Assembly: GCA_037142195.1 (NCBI GenBank) | Contig: JBAXBA010000038.1 | Coordinates: 1 to 31,001 of the forward strand | Reading direction: 5' to 3' | DNA length: 31,001 bases | From: Pseudomonadota bacterium | GTDB taxonomy: Bacteria > Bdellovibrionota_B > Oligoflexia > Oligoflexales > CAIMVM01 | In this document: positions 10,144 to 18,842 of the stretch, one piece after another | Position numbering within the stretch: position 1 is the stretch's first letter | How the letters are laid out: each line of letters starts with the position of its first letter | Notes under the pieces: model-generated | Databases searched by the model: none | Told to the model about the DNA's origin: nothing | Seen by the model: the letters and a program-made list of their open reading frames with translations, nothing else | Position numbers and translations under genes: made by a program

Positions 10144-10536
10144 CTAATTATTGCTGCATTCAGCCGCTGAGCAAAAAAAGCCTTTTTTACTCGCCCCCGA
10201 AAGTTTACACAAATCTAAAGCCTCTTTCTCTGCAAGTGCTCGATTGACTCCCACACCGCTATAAAGTTCACCCATGGCCGTTATCTTGCAAATCCAAGTG
10301 GGTGTTTTTGAAGCTTGAGATTCCATTTGAAATACTTTTTGTTGAATTTGCCATACGGCACGCTCCAATTCCCAAACTCTTCTTTTAAGGTCATCTTTAG
10401 AATAGTTTGAATAGTCTTTAGAAACTTCAATACGGTAAACTTCATCAGAAAAAGCGTTTGGGGAGATGAAAATGAATCCACTACATAGGGCCATAATAGA
10501 AACAAAAATCGCATTCATCGGGGAAAAGTATTTCAT
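10144..10536 (-). CDS. Small secreted hypothetical protein (coiled coil plus Cys-containing C-terminal domain)
   Basis: Signal peptide ending PNAFS; heptad segment LKRRVWELERAVWQIQQKV; four Cys in the C-terminal domain; AGGA RBS. Confidence 0.8.
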   Translation of the reverse strand: MKYFSPMNAIFVSIMALCSGFIFISPNAFSDEVYRIEVSKDYSNYSKDDLKRRVWELERAVWQIQQKVFQMESQASKTPTWICKITAMGELYSGVGVNRALAEKEALDLCKLSGASKKGFFCSAAECSNN

Positions 10537-10642
10537 ATGTGATCCTAATGAGTTAGAGTTTCGAGATTATTCTCCATGTAGCCCCCAAGAGTCCAGTCAT
10601 AAAATGACATTCTTCATGACCCTCTAGGTGAGACAAGACATT

Positions 10643-10675
10643 AAAAAAGCTAGGCCGCAAAAAGCCTAGCTAAAA
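10643..10675 (-). terminator. Intrinsic terminator after the histone-like gene
   Basis: Minus strand: agctaggc / gcctagct stem followed by a T-run. Confidence 0.75.
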
Positions 10676-10696
10676 TCACATGAGGATATCTTAAAT

Positions 10697-11182
10697 CTAT
10701 ACGGGAGTCTTTTTAGGTCGAGCTTTTCTTGCTGGCGACGCCTTCTTTGCCGGGGTCTTCTTAGCCGGTGCTTTAGCAGACGTCTTAGCTCTTGCTGCAG
10801 TCTTCCCTGTGGTGCGTGACGGCTTTTTGCCCGTTACTTTAGCTTTTGCGCTTTGGGCCGCGTGAACAATTTCCTTTTCAATCTTATCTAAATCAATCCC
10901 CACTCTTTGAGCATTGTCTCTCAATTCTTTTACAAATTTATGAATGCTAGGCTCAATTTTCTTATATTCAGTAATCGCTAATTTTTCTAATTTTTTGGCT
11001 TTCTTTTCAATTTCCTTTGCCTTTTTGTCAAGGCCACTTTCTCCAGCATATTTCCTGACTTTCGCCGAAATGACTTTTGCTTCCTTTTCGACCATAGTTT
11101 GCAGGGTGGCTAAATCAGCCTGAACCACTTCAGTAATCTTCTTCGCTAAGTCTGCTTGAAATTTTGCAAATGTATTCTTCAT
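10697..11182 (-). CDS. Lys/Ala-rich protein: helical N-terminus plus histone H1-like tail (PhaF/Hc-like)
   Basis: GGAGG RBS before ATG 11182 (MKNTFAKF); tail AKAPAKKTPAKKASPARKARPKK. Confidence 0.8.
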   Translation of the reverse strand: MKNTFAKFQADLAKKITEVVQADLATLQTMVEKEAKVISAKVRKYAGESGLDKKAKEIEKKAKKLEKLAITEYKKIEPSIHKFVKELRDNAQRVGIDLDKIEKEIVHAAQSAKAKVTGKKPSRTTGKTAARAKTSAKAPAKKTPAKKASPARKARPKKTPV

Positions 11183-11290
11183 AAATCCTCCAAATAATTG
11201 GCTGTGCTGACGGCCATTGACATTAGTATACACTAATTCCCAAATACCCGCCACTTTGTCAGAAAAGAATTTACTCCTAAATTGTTCTAT

Positions 11291-12073
11291 CTATTCAAAA
11301 CTAGGGGTTCTCTTCTCGAGAAACGCAGAGATCCCTTCTCTCGGATCCCCCATTGCGAAACAAGCAGCAAACGCGGTCGATTCCGAATTAAGTCCCGCTC
11401 GAAGTGACATTTCCGAAGACTCTCTGACCAGACGCTTGATTTCTCGGGATGCAAATGGTCCTGTAATTAAAATAGATTTCACAACTTTCTCGAGTTCTTC
11501 TTCAAGTTGCTCGGGGCTGACCAGCCTTGATACTAGGCCCAAGGTTAATGCCTCGCTTCCCGAAAGTCTCCGACCGCTACCCGTCAGAAGAAGATCCATA
11601 GCCTGGGGGAGCCCAATTCTTCGAACGAGGCGCTGAGTCCCACCAAAGCCAGGAATGAGTCCAAGATTAGCTTCTGGTTGCCCAAAACTTGCCTTGGTGG
11701 ATGCCACCAAAATATCGCAAGCAAGCGCCAATTCACAACCGCCTCCCAAGGCAAATCCTTGAATCTTGCCAATGACTATCTGGGGAATTTGCTCCAAGAC
11801 ATTTAATAGGTTCTGACCTACTCGCGAAAACTCTAGGCCTTCTATAGGACTCATTTCGAGCATAGACTTAATATCTGCTCCCGCAACAAACGCCTTATCC
11901 CCGGCACCTTCCAGGATGAGGACTCGAACGTCAGGATTCATCTCCGTAAGAATCGCCTCGAGCATCTCCTCAATTACATGTTGATTGAGAGAATTAAGAG
12001 CTTCTGGGCGGTTAATAGTAAGCTTAGCCACTGGCCCTTCTTGGTCAAACAGAATGGATTGATATGCACTCAT
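11291..12073 (-). CDS. crt: Enoyl-CoA hydratase (crotonase)
   Basis: AFVAGADI, GFALGGGCELALACD, QPEANLGLIPGFGGTQRL (both catalytic Glu present). Confidence 0.93.
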   Translation of the reverse strand: MSAYQSILFDQEGPVAKLTINRPEALNSLNQHVIEEMLEAILTEMNPDVRVLILEGAGDKAFVAGADIKSMLEMSPIEGLEFSRVGQNLLNVLEQIPQIVIGKIQGFALGGGCELALACDILVASTKASFGQPEANLGLIPGFGGTQRLVRRIGLPQAMDLLLTGSGRRLSGSEALTLGLVSRLVSPEQLEEELEKVVKSILITGPFASREIKRLVRESSEMSLRAGLNSESTAFAACFAMGDPREGISAFLEKRTPSFE

Positions 12074-12085
12074 ATGGAATTCCTA

Positions 12086-12937
12086 TTAATAATGAAAGAC
12101 CCCTCGGCCACTTTTTCTGCCCATCCAACCTGCATCCACATACTGAATCAGCAGCGGGGACGGTCTGTACTTGGAGTCTCCAAGACCCTTATACATTACA
12201 TTTAATATATAAAGACAGGTGTCAAGTCCAATAAAATCAGCGAGTTCCAAAGGACCCATGGGCTGATTAGTCCCAAGCTTCATACCCCGATCAATATCCT
12301 CAGCCGAGGCCACCCCTTCCATGAGTGCAAAAAAAGCTTCGTTGATCATCGGCATCAGGATTCGATTTACAATAAATCCTGGATAGTCGCGACTTATTGA
12401 AACCTCCTTCCCTAAGGCTGCAGCTAACAACTTTATGTTTTGAAGAACCAAGTCGCTAGTCGCCATGCCAGGAATTATCTCTACTAATTTCATAAGAGGC
12501 ACTGGATTCATAAAATGCATTCCAATAACTCGATCAGGCCGCTTAGTTGCTGATCCTAGTCTAGTAATCGAAATAGAAGATGTATTGCTAGCGATGACCG
12601 AATGGGAAGGCAAAATCAAATCTAATCTTGAAAAAAGATCTTTCTTTACGCCTTCATTCTCGACAATCGCCTCAATCACAAGATCGCAGGATTTCAGTCC
12701 TTCGATCGACTCTTCGAAAAATATGTTCGTCGCTCTTTGCACTTGTTCAGCAGTCAACAAATTTTTTGATTTCAGCCTTTCCGCCGAAGCCGAAATCGAT
12801 TTTCTAGCCTTTTCAAGTTGAGGTCCCTGAGTATCCATAAGGGTCACACTTAGTCCCGAAGTGGCCATAACCTGAGCTATGCCGCTCCCCATTTGCCCAG
12901 CACCTATAACGCCAACATGTGAAAATCCTGCTATCAC
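12086..12937 (-). CDS. hbd: 3-hydroxybutyryl-CoA dehydrogenase
   Basis: GAGQMGSG, ASNTSS, GMHFMNP, PGFIVNR, PMGPLELADFIGLD; GTG start with GGAGG RBS. Confidence 0.95.
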   Translation of the reverse strand: MIAGFSHVGVIGAGQMGSGIAQVMATSGLSVTLMDTQGPQLEKARKSISASAERLKSKNLLTAEQVQRATNIFFEESIEGLKSCDLVIEAIVENEGVKKDLFSRLDLILPSHSVIASNTSSISITRLGSATKRPDRVIGMHFMNPVPLMKLVEIIPGMATSDLVLQNIKLLAAALGKEVSISRDYPGFIVNRILMPMINEAFFALMEGVASAEDIDRGMKLGTNQPMGPLELADFIGLDTCLYILNVMYKGLGDSKYRPSPLLIQYVDAGWMGRKSGRGVFHY

Positions 12938-13196
12938 AATTGCCTCCCCGCTTAGTCAAGTCGAAGCTGATGATAGGCAAAAAACTAAAAAATGCAATAA
13001 AATGAGCTTCCAAATTCGTTTTTAAGTGCCTTCTCTACGGCATGCGCTGATCGGCTCCCTAGCCTCCAGCGCATGATTTACGCAGGGCTTTCTAGTAAAT
13101 TGAACTTCGCCAACTTGGTAGAATTCTACAATGTTATTTTGTATCCCAATTCCTTAGTTGAGTCTATAATCACGCCAAAATCGGGAAGTTCCTTTC

Positions 13197-14408
13197 ATGA
13201 CACAACAAGCTGCAGTGCAATGGATTAAGCACCTATCTCAGAAAGGTCGAGTCCTCGTGTTTGGGGGAAGCCATCATTCTGAACTTTTAGTTGCTTCTGA
13301 GTTCGAGAGACTTCCTTATAAGGAAGTTAGAGATCTCAAACTTGGCGGAAAGTTGCCTGACCAAATCGTTGGTTTTTTAAGTTATGATGACATGGTCGCT
13401 CAAGAGTTTGAAAACTCTTTCTTCTACCGAGTTTGTGAAGGCATTTTATTTGATTTTAGAGCGGGTCAGCACCTGTACATTGGCACTGGCGATAGAAAAC
13501 CTTCTCTAGCCTTAATTTCTAGCCAGACAGACCTGCTCCCGACAGCTTTAGGAGAGGAGCTTCGGATAGGCCTCGAACCCCTTCAATCTGACGAGTCCTA
13601 CTTAGAAGCGTGCCAAAAGGCATTAGATTGGATTCGAAACGGAAGGTTCTATCAGCTCAATCTTTTGCGCTATTTTAAAATTTTAGGTACCTCTCGAGCT
13701 CAGTTTGTAGGGCATTGGCTGCGGAATACTGGAGATCACGGGGCTTTACTCATTGACGATGATCGTGAAATATTTTCTTATAGCCCTGAGCAGTTTGTAA
13801 TTTCAACTGGCTCAAGCGGTTTACGAAGAGTAGAAACGTATCCGATTAAAGGCACCAGAAGACGAAGCCCCGATCCCGCCATGGATTTAAGACTCAAGGC
13901 AGATTTAGAGACCTCCACCAAAGACCGGGCTGAACTCTCCATGATTATCGACCTCATGAGAAATGATCTTGCGCGAATCAGTAAAAGAAATACGGTTCGC
14001 GTTGACAGTCCAGGTCGGGTGTATTCCTACCCGACAGTTCACCATCTGGTAGCTCAGGTAAGCGGCGCGGCTTTAGATGATTTAACCTTAAACCAACTCT
14101 TTTCCATCTTGCCTGCGGGATCCATTACCGGCGCACCGAAAGTTGAGGTCATGGCCGCTATTTCAGAGTTAGAAAGCCGTAGACGCGGTTTTTTTATGGG
14201 TTCTGCATTTCATTTGAACTCATTAGGCGACTTCAAGTCTACGGTTATGATTCGCACAGCTCTAAAAGTTGGGGATGAATACCAATATGCTGCGGGAAGT
14301 GGTATTGTAGTAAAATCCATTCCAGAAGACGAAATGGCAGAAATTTATGTAAAATGCCGAGTACTATCGGGAGATCAAGATGACTCAAACTTCCACTATT
14401 TCAAGTAG
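13197..14408 (+). CDS. pabB: Chorismate-binding enzyme, aminodeoxychorismate synthase component I-like
   Basis: SPEQF, PIKGT (Lys typical of PabB, versus PIAGT in TrpE), MIIDLMRNDL, PAGSITGAPK, AGSGIV. Confidence 0.8.
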   Translation: MTQQAAVQWIKHLSQKGRVLVFGGSHHSELLVASEFERLPYKEVRDLKLGGKLPDQIVGFLSYDDMVAQEFENSFFYRVCEGILFDFRAGQHLYIGTGDRKPSLALISSQTDLLPTALGEELRIGLEPLQSDESYLEACQKALDWIRNGRFYQLNLLRYFKILGTSRAQFVGHWLRNTGDHGALLIDDDREIFSYSPEQFVISTGSSGLRRVETYPIKGTRRRSPDPAMDLRLKADLETSTKDRAELSMIIDLMRNDLARISKRNTVRVDSPGRVYSYPTVHHLVAQVSGAALDDLTLNQLFSILPAGSITGAPKVEVMAAISELESRRRGFFMGSAFHLNSLGDFKSTVMIRTALKVGDEYQYAAGSGIVVKSIPEDEMAEIYVKCRVLSGDQDDSNFHYFK

Positions 14409-16050
14409 ATTTCGAAGCGCTAAAAGACTGACCCAGGTTATCCAAGTTTTTGCCCATCATGGATTTTGGTCTTTGGTAGAAAGATCTAAACTTCAGAACT
14501 CTTTAACCAAGGTAGAGCAAAAAGAGATCGAGCAATCTGCTCAAACTGAGGGTGAGAAAGAAGTGCAGCGGCTTACAGCAGCTGCACGACTTCGAATTGC
14601 TTTTGAAGACCTTGGTCCTGCCTTTGTAAAGCTAGGTCAAATCCTCGCCTCTCGTGATGATTTGGTTCCAGCCCATATTGTTGATGAGCTTTCAAAGCTT
14701 CACAGTAGTGTGGGCGCCATGCCTTTTTCTGACGTCATGCGAGTGCTTGAAGAAGAACTTGATAAGAATGCATTGTCATCTATCACCACCATTGAGGAAA
14801 AACCGCTTGCCGCTGGTTCCATTGGTCAAGTTCACCTAGCACATTTAGATAATGGAACTACCATTGTGCTAAAAATTCAACGTCCTGGAATCCTGAAGGT
14901 GATTAAAGGCGACCTTGAGCTTATGAGCCAAGTGGCACAAGATTTAGAAAAATATCTCCCTGAACTTCGCCCTTATCGCCCTGCAGTCCTTATTTCAGAG
15001 CTCAATTTCGCTTTACTAGGTGAACTTGACTATTTGCGGGAAGCCGCTAATACAGAAAAAATTAGGAAAAATTTTGAAGACGATCACAGCATTGTGCTTC
15101 CAAAAGTTGTATGGAATTTTACAACTTCCAAAGTATTAGGTCTTGAATTTCTAAAGGGTGAAAAAATGCCCTCAACACCTCAGCCAAATGCCGATATCAT
15201 CATTTCTAAAGGACTTGAGATGTTTCTTAAGATGGTAGCCGTTGACGGTGAATATCATGGTGATCTTCACCCTGGCAACCTTCTCTTGCTTTCAGAGAGT
15301 CGACTTGGAGTTATTGATTTTGGGCTCACAGTGAGACTTTCTAGCTTTCAAAGACTTCTTATTGCCGAGATATTTGTAAGCTTGATTGAAGGCGATTGCG
15401 ACCGTTTGGCCAGGGCTATGGTAGAAATGGGAGATCCTTCGCCAGACTTTGATTATGACGCCTATAACTCTGACCTTTTGAACACACTGGGGCCTTACAT
15501 GGGGGGAAGTATTGCAAATGTAAAGACTGGAAAATTATTATTTGATTTTTCAAAGGTCTCTGCGAAACACGGCGTTCCCCTTCCTAGGTCACTTTTTTTA
15601 GTTTTAAAAACCTTGGCAAGTTTTGAATCTGTTGGAAGAAGGCTTAATCCTAATTTTGATGTCATGCAACTTTGTGCAAAACATGTCCATGTTCTTAAAC
15701 TTCAAATCAATCAGACGAAGGAAGTCAAACATCAGCTGGAATCCATCGCCAAAGATGTCGCTTCCTTAGCGCGCATTGCGCCTTTTCAGCTTCGCAAGCT
15801 TCTCAAATCGGCTGTGGCAGGTGATTTACGACTGAATATTTCCAATGATTCGACTTTGGAGCTGGCAGTACAAATCTCCAAGGCCTCCAGTCGCATTGCC
15901 ATTAGTGTTATTTTGACGGGAACAATTTTAGCATCAAGTATGCTTGTGAGCATTTCTGATCAGTGGAAACATTTAGGCATCGCAGGATATATATTGTCTG
16001 GAGTTTTAGGACTTTTTGTCGTCTTTTCCATCATTTTGAATCGTCCTTAG
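14380..16050 (+). CDS. ubiB: ABC1/UbiB family atypical kinase
   Basis: LGPAFVKLGQ, AAGSIGQVH, LKIQRP, ELDYLREA, HGDLHPGN, IDFG; two C-terminal TM helices; GGAG RBS. Confidence 0.9.
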   Translation: MTQTSTISSRFRSAKRLTQVIQVFAHHGFWSLVERSKLQNSLTKVEQKEIEQSAQTEGEKEVQRLTAAARLRIAFEDLGPAFVKLGQILASRDDLVPAHIVDELSKLHSSVGAMPFSDVMRVLEEELDKNALSSITTIEEKPLAAGSIGQVHLAHLDNGTTIVLKIQRPGILKVIKGDLELMSQVAQDLEKYLPELRPYRPAVLISELNFALLGELDYLREAANTEKIRKNFEDDHSIVLPKVVWNFTTSKVLGLEFLKGEKMPSTPQPNADIIISKGLEMFLKMVAVDGEYHGDLHPGNLLLLSESRLGVIDFGLTVRLSSFQRLLIAEIFVSLIEGDCDRLARAMVEMGDPSPDFDYDAYNSDLLNTLGPYMGGSIANVKTGKLLFDFSKVSAKHGVPLPRSLFLVLKTLASFESVGRRLNPNFDVMQLCAKHVHVLKLQINQTKEVKHQLESIAKDVASLARIAPFQLRKLLKSAVAGDLRLNISNDSTLELAVQISKASSRIAISVILTGTILASSMLVSISDQWKHLGIAGYILSGVLGLFVVFSIILNRP

Positions 16051-16497
16051 TACCTTCAGGCGCAAAAGGGGCAGGTTCCCTGCGAGACGGATCTCGCAGG
16101 GTGGTATTTCGGAAGGAAAAAAAGATTTAGAGCAAGGCGGGTTTTTGGCGATCGAGGCCTGATTTGGCTCGATACTGTTTCCTTTATAAATGCTTTTAAA
16201 AGATACGGCCAATATCTTAAGCACTTATCTACAAAGCACTGCTGGACAAGGGTTTCCGGAATCGACTTCAAGCGTCAACCGCGCAAGTTACTGTGCCAAT
16301 GGAAAGTTCTCAATTAAATTAGAGGTTTATAGATTTACATGCCAGATTAAACTTGTCATCTTCCCTTTGTGAGCTATATTTTTTTGTTTCAAATAGCTCA
16401 ATGAGCGTGCTCCTTGCCGGGCACAACAGCTTATTTCACAAAAACTAGGCCCAAATCATTTTCAGTACCCTACATACTTACCAAGAGACAGTCTTGA

Positions 16498-16905
16498 CTA
16501 AAAAGGCTGCGCAACTCCAAGATAGACAGCACAAGTGCCTAATATGATGACTAAAAGAAGCCAAAGATTACGTTTTTCAGGTACTCGCTTAATCACTGCA
16601 GCTGCACCACCTAATGCAACCCAAATTCCAAATTTTGCCCAGAACCAATTGGGAAAGCCGCTTTGAGCAACTACCGAGCCCTCCTCGCCTATACCAGCAT
16701 CGCCCAGAAATTTGGCTTTGGCCGCCATACCAAACCCGCCGAGCAAAATGAGTACAAGCCCAATGCCGTGAACCATCATAGGTTTCGAGTTTTTGACAGC
16801 TCCAGCTACCTTTTCTGAAAGTTGACTTGACAGCATCAAACCAAAGCCAAGAAATAGAGTAATAATTCCAATGAAATGTAAGATTTTATAAAATGCAAAT
16901 GACAT
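16498..16905 (-). CDS. Small 4-TM membrane protein (SirB2/DUF2269-like)
   Basis: AGGGG RBS before ATG 16905; YKILH...HGIGL.LILLGGFGM...W..AK pattern; four hydrophobic segments. Confidence 0.75.
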   Translation of the reverse strand: MSFAFYKILHFIGIITLFLGFGLMLSSQLSEKVAGAVKNSKPMMVHGIGLVLILLGGFGMAAKAKFLGDAGIGEEGSVVAQSGFPNWFWAKFGIWVALGGAAAVIKRVPEKRNLWLLLVIILGTCAVYLGVAQPF

Positions 16906-17044
16906 GATTTTGTCCCCTTGGAGAGTTATTGAAGCACCGTTGTACTTGATTACTTGATTTTTAAAAGCAAAAAAAGCCGGCATGTTTAGCTGGACATCCC
17001 CCTTCCTTGTCAGGTATCAGATAGCCAAAGTGGAGGCCTAGCCT

Positions 17045-17974
17045 ATGGAAATCATTTCGTTCTATAAATTTCTAACTCTCAGCCATTTGGAAGATGTCAA
17101 AGCTGAACTTTTGGAGATTTGCCAGAGGAATCAAATCAGCGGGTCTATTCTCATCGCCCCTGAAGGCATTAATGGAACTATTTCGGGAAGAGGCGAAGAT
17201 ATTTCCAGAGTCACTGACTATTTCCAGAACAGTGCCATTTTCTCCCCTATGGAGTTTAAAAAAAGCTTACATGAAACCAAGCCTTTTAGGCGAATGCTTG
17301 TGAGAATCAAAAAAGAAATTATAACCATGAAGATGAATGGCATCGACCCCACTCATTTGACTGGGAAGTATTTGGCACCCTTGCAATTAAAAGAGTGGTT
17401 GGATCGTCGGGAGGATATTGTTCTCCTGGATACTCGCAATGATTACGAGGTTAAAGTTGGGACCTTTAAAGGAGCTATAGATCCAGGAATCAAATCGTTT
17501 AGTGCCTTTCCTGATTTTATAGATAAACGTCTTGACGAATTAAAAGGTAAGAAAATAGTTACATTTTGCACGGGTGGAATCAGGTGCGAAAAGGCTACTG
17601 CCTACATGGTTAGCCAAGGACTTACAGAAACCTATCAAATTGAAGGTGGCGTTTTAAAATATTTTGAAGACACTCAGAATCTCGAAACAGACAACCATTG
17701 GGACGGGGAATGTGTCGTTTTTGATTCTAGACTTGCTGTTAATAAATCTTTGCAACCTACAGAAGTTAAACTTTGCTATTCGTGCTTTGATCCGTTAATG
17801 GGATCTTTCCCTGAGGGGCTTTGTCCTCAATGTCAAGAAGTTCAAATTTTAGCATCCAAGTCTCGCGCCAAATCTGGACAAGAAAAGTATCTTAAGAACT
17901 TTGAGGAAAGGCGAAAATTTTTAGAAAAATCTAGGAAAGAGAAGCACTGGTTGCCTAGCGAATCTGTGAATTAG
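17045..17974 (+). CDS. trhO: Rhodanese-domain tRNA uridine(34) hydroxylase (TrhO/YceA, UPF0176)
   Basis: SFYKF, EGINGT, KKEII, LDTRNDYE, FCTGGIRCEKA, GECVVFD.R; GGAGG RBS. Confidence 0.9.
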   Translation: MEIISFYKFLTLSHLEDVKAELLEICQRNQISGSILIAPEGINGTISGRGEDISRVTDYFQNSAIFSPMEFKKSLHETKPFRRMLVRIKKEIITMKMNGIDPTHLTGKYLAPLQLKEWLDRREDIVLLDTRNDYEVKVGTFKGAIDPGIKSFSAFPDFIDKRLDELKGKKIVTFCTGGIRCEKATAYMVSQGLTETYQIEGGVLKYFEDTQNLETDNHWDGECVVFDSRLAVNKSLQPTEVKLCYSCFDPLMGSFPEGLCPQCQEVQILASKSRAKSGQEKYLKNFEERRKFLEKSRKEKHWLPSESVN

Positions 17975-17993
17975 CGATCATAAAACCAAAAAC

Positions 17994-18028
17994 AATGACC
18001 TTGAGCTCTCCGGCCAAAGGTCATTTTT
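17994..18028. terminator. Likely bidirectional terminator between convergent genes
   Basis: aatgacctt / aaggtcatt stem with an A-rich left flank and T-run right flank. Confidence 0.65.
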
Positions 18029-18042
18029 AAAATTTGAAGTTC

Positions 18043-18540
18043 TTACTCTTCATATCCAACTTCGAACATCAGAGCTAAATTATGTCCTTTTGGCTGGAGA
18101 TAAAGAAATTGAGTTGTGGAAAGATCCTGATGAGCAGTTTCCTGACAAATCTTGTAGGAGTCTTCGGAGAGCCAGCTAGCCAAGTCCACTTCTGCTTGCT
18201 TAGGCATAAAAATAGGCACTTCTAGATTCTGATTCAGATCCGATTCTACTTGTTTGATCCAAGTACTCACTGCCAAAAGAGTAGATTGGGAGCTAGCGAC
18301 ATTACAAATCATTGGCGACTTAGGAAAAGTTCGAGTCTCTTTAACTCCAAAAAACTCAATCCAAGGGTCTTCGCCAGCGGCAGAGCTGAGCGTGTCAAAA
18401 TAGCTCGATAAGGCCAAATATGTCTTTAGCTGGCCAGATGCTTGAGCTGGCATTGCTCCTGCGCCTAAAAGCGCGCCACCTAAAAAAATGACCTTTAAAA
18501 ATGGGTGTAACCAGGTTCGAAGCCTAACCGTTGGATTCAT
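18043..18540 (-). CDS. Secreted hypothetical protein
   Basis: GGAG RBS before ATG 18540; signal peptide ending AQA; two Cys; no recognisable family. Confidence 0.75.
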   Translation of the reverse strand: MNPTVRLRTWLHPFLKVIFLGGALLGAGAMPAQASGQLKTYLALSSYFDTLSSAAGEDPWIEFFGVKETRTFPKSPMICNVASSQSTLLAVSTWIKQVESDLNQNLEVPIFMPKQAEVDLASWLSEDSYKICQETAHQDLSTTQFLYLQPKGHNLALMFEVGYEE

Positions 18541-18718
18541 TTTTTCACTCCCAATCAAGTTTAAAGCTAACGATCTATCTCTACTTACCTATAAAATGCA
18601 AGGGGGCAAATAATGGGGTTCGGAAAAACACTAAAAGTAAAGCCTCTAACCTAGCCAATCTAAGCAAGAGCGGCAGGAAATGGGGCCCTTTTAATCACTC
18701 GTCTAACGAGGGCGCCAG

Positions 18719-18764
18719 TTGCAATTTGATACTAGAGTGAACTAAAATTAATGGCTGATATACT
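18719..18764 (+). promoter_or_regulatory. Candidate promoter(s) for the patatin-like gene
   Basis: TTGCAA-N18-TAAAAT (18719-18748) and an extended -10 TG-A-TATACT (18756-18764). Confidence 0.35.
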
Positions 18765-18842
18765 GTGTTGTTTCTTGAATTTGTCAAATGTCGGCCATTG
18801 CACGGAACCGTGTGGGAAGTAAAACTATTGGGGGGCCAATTT

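Noticed and set aside
16105..16270. Fragments resembling SRP RNA (ggaaggaa) or the tmRNA 5' end (ggaatcgac)
   Set aside because: The remaining conserved elements (SRP helix 8 CAGG/AGCA pairing, tmRNA T-arm and CCA end) are absent.
16056..16271. 71-aa minus-strand ORF and overlapping 72- and 60-aa ORFs
   Set aside because: No RBS, non-ATG starts and no recognisable protein character; retained only as part of the intergenic finding.
16283..16298. Sigma54-like promoter TGGCAC-N6-TTGC on the minus strand
   Set aside because: GG-to-GC spacing is 11 rather than the strict 10, so it is not called as a feature.
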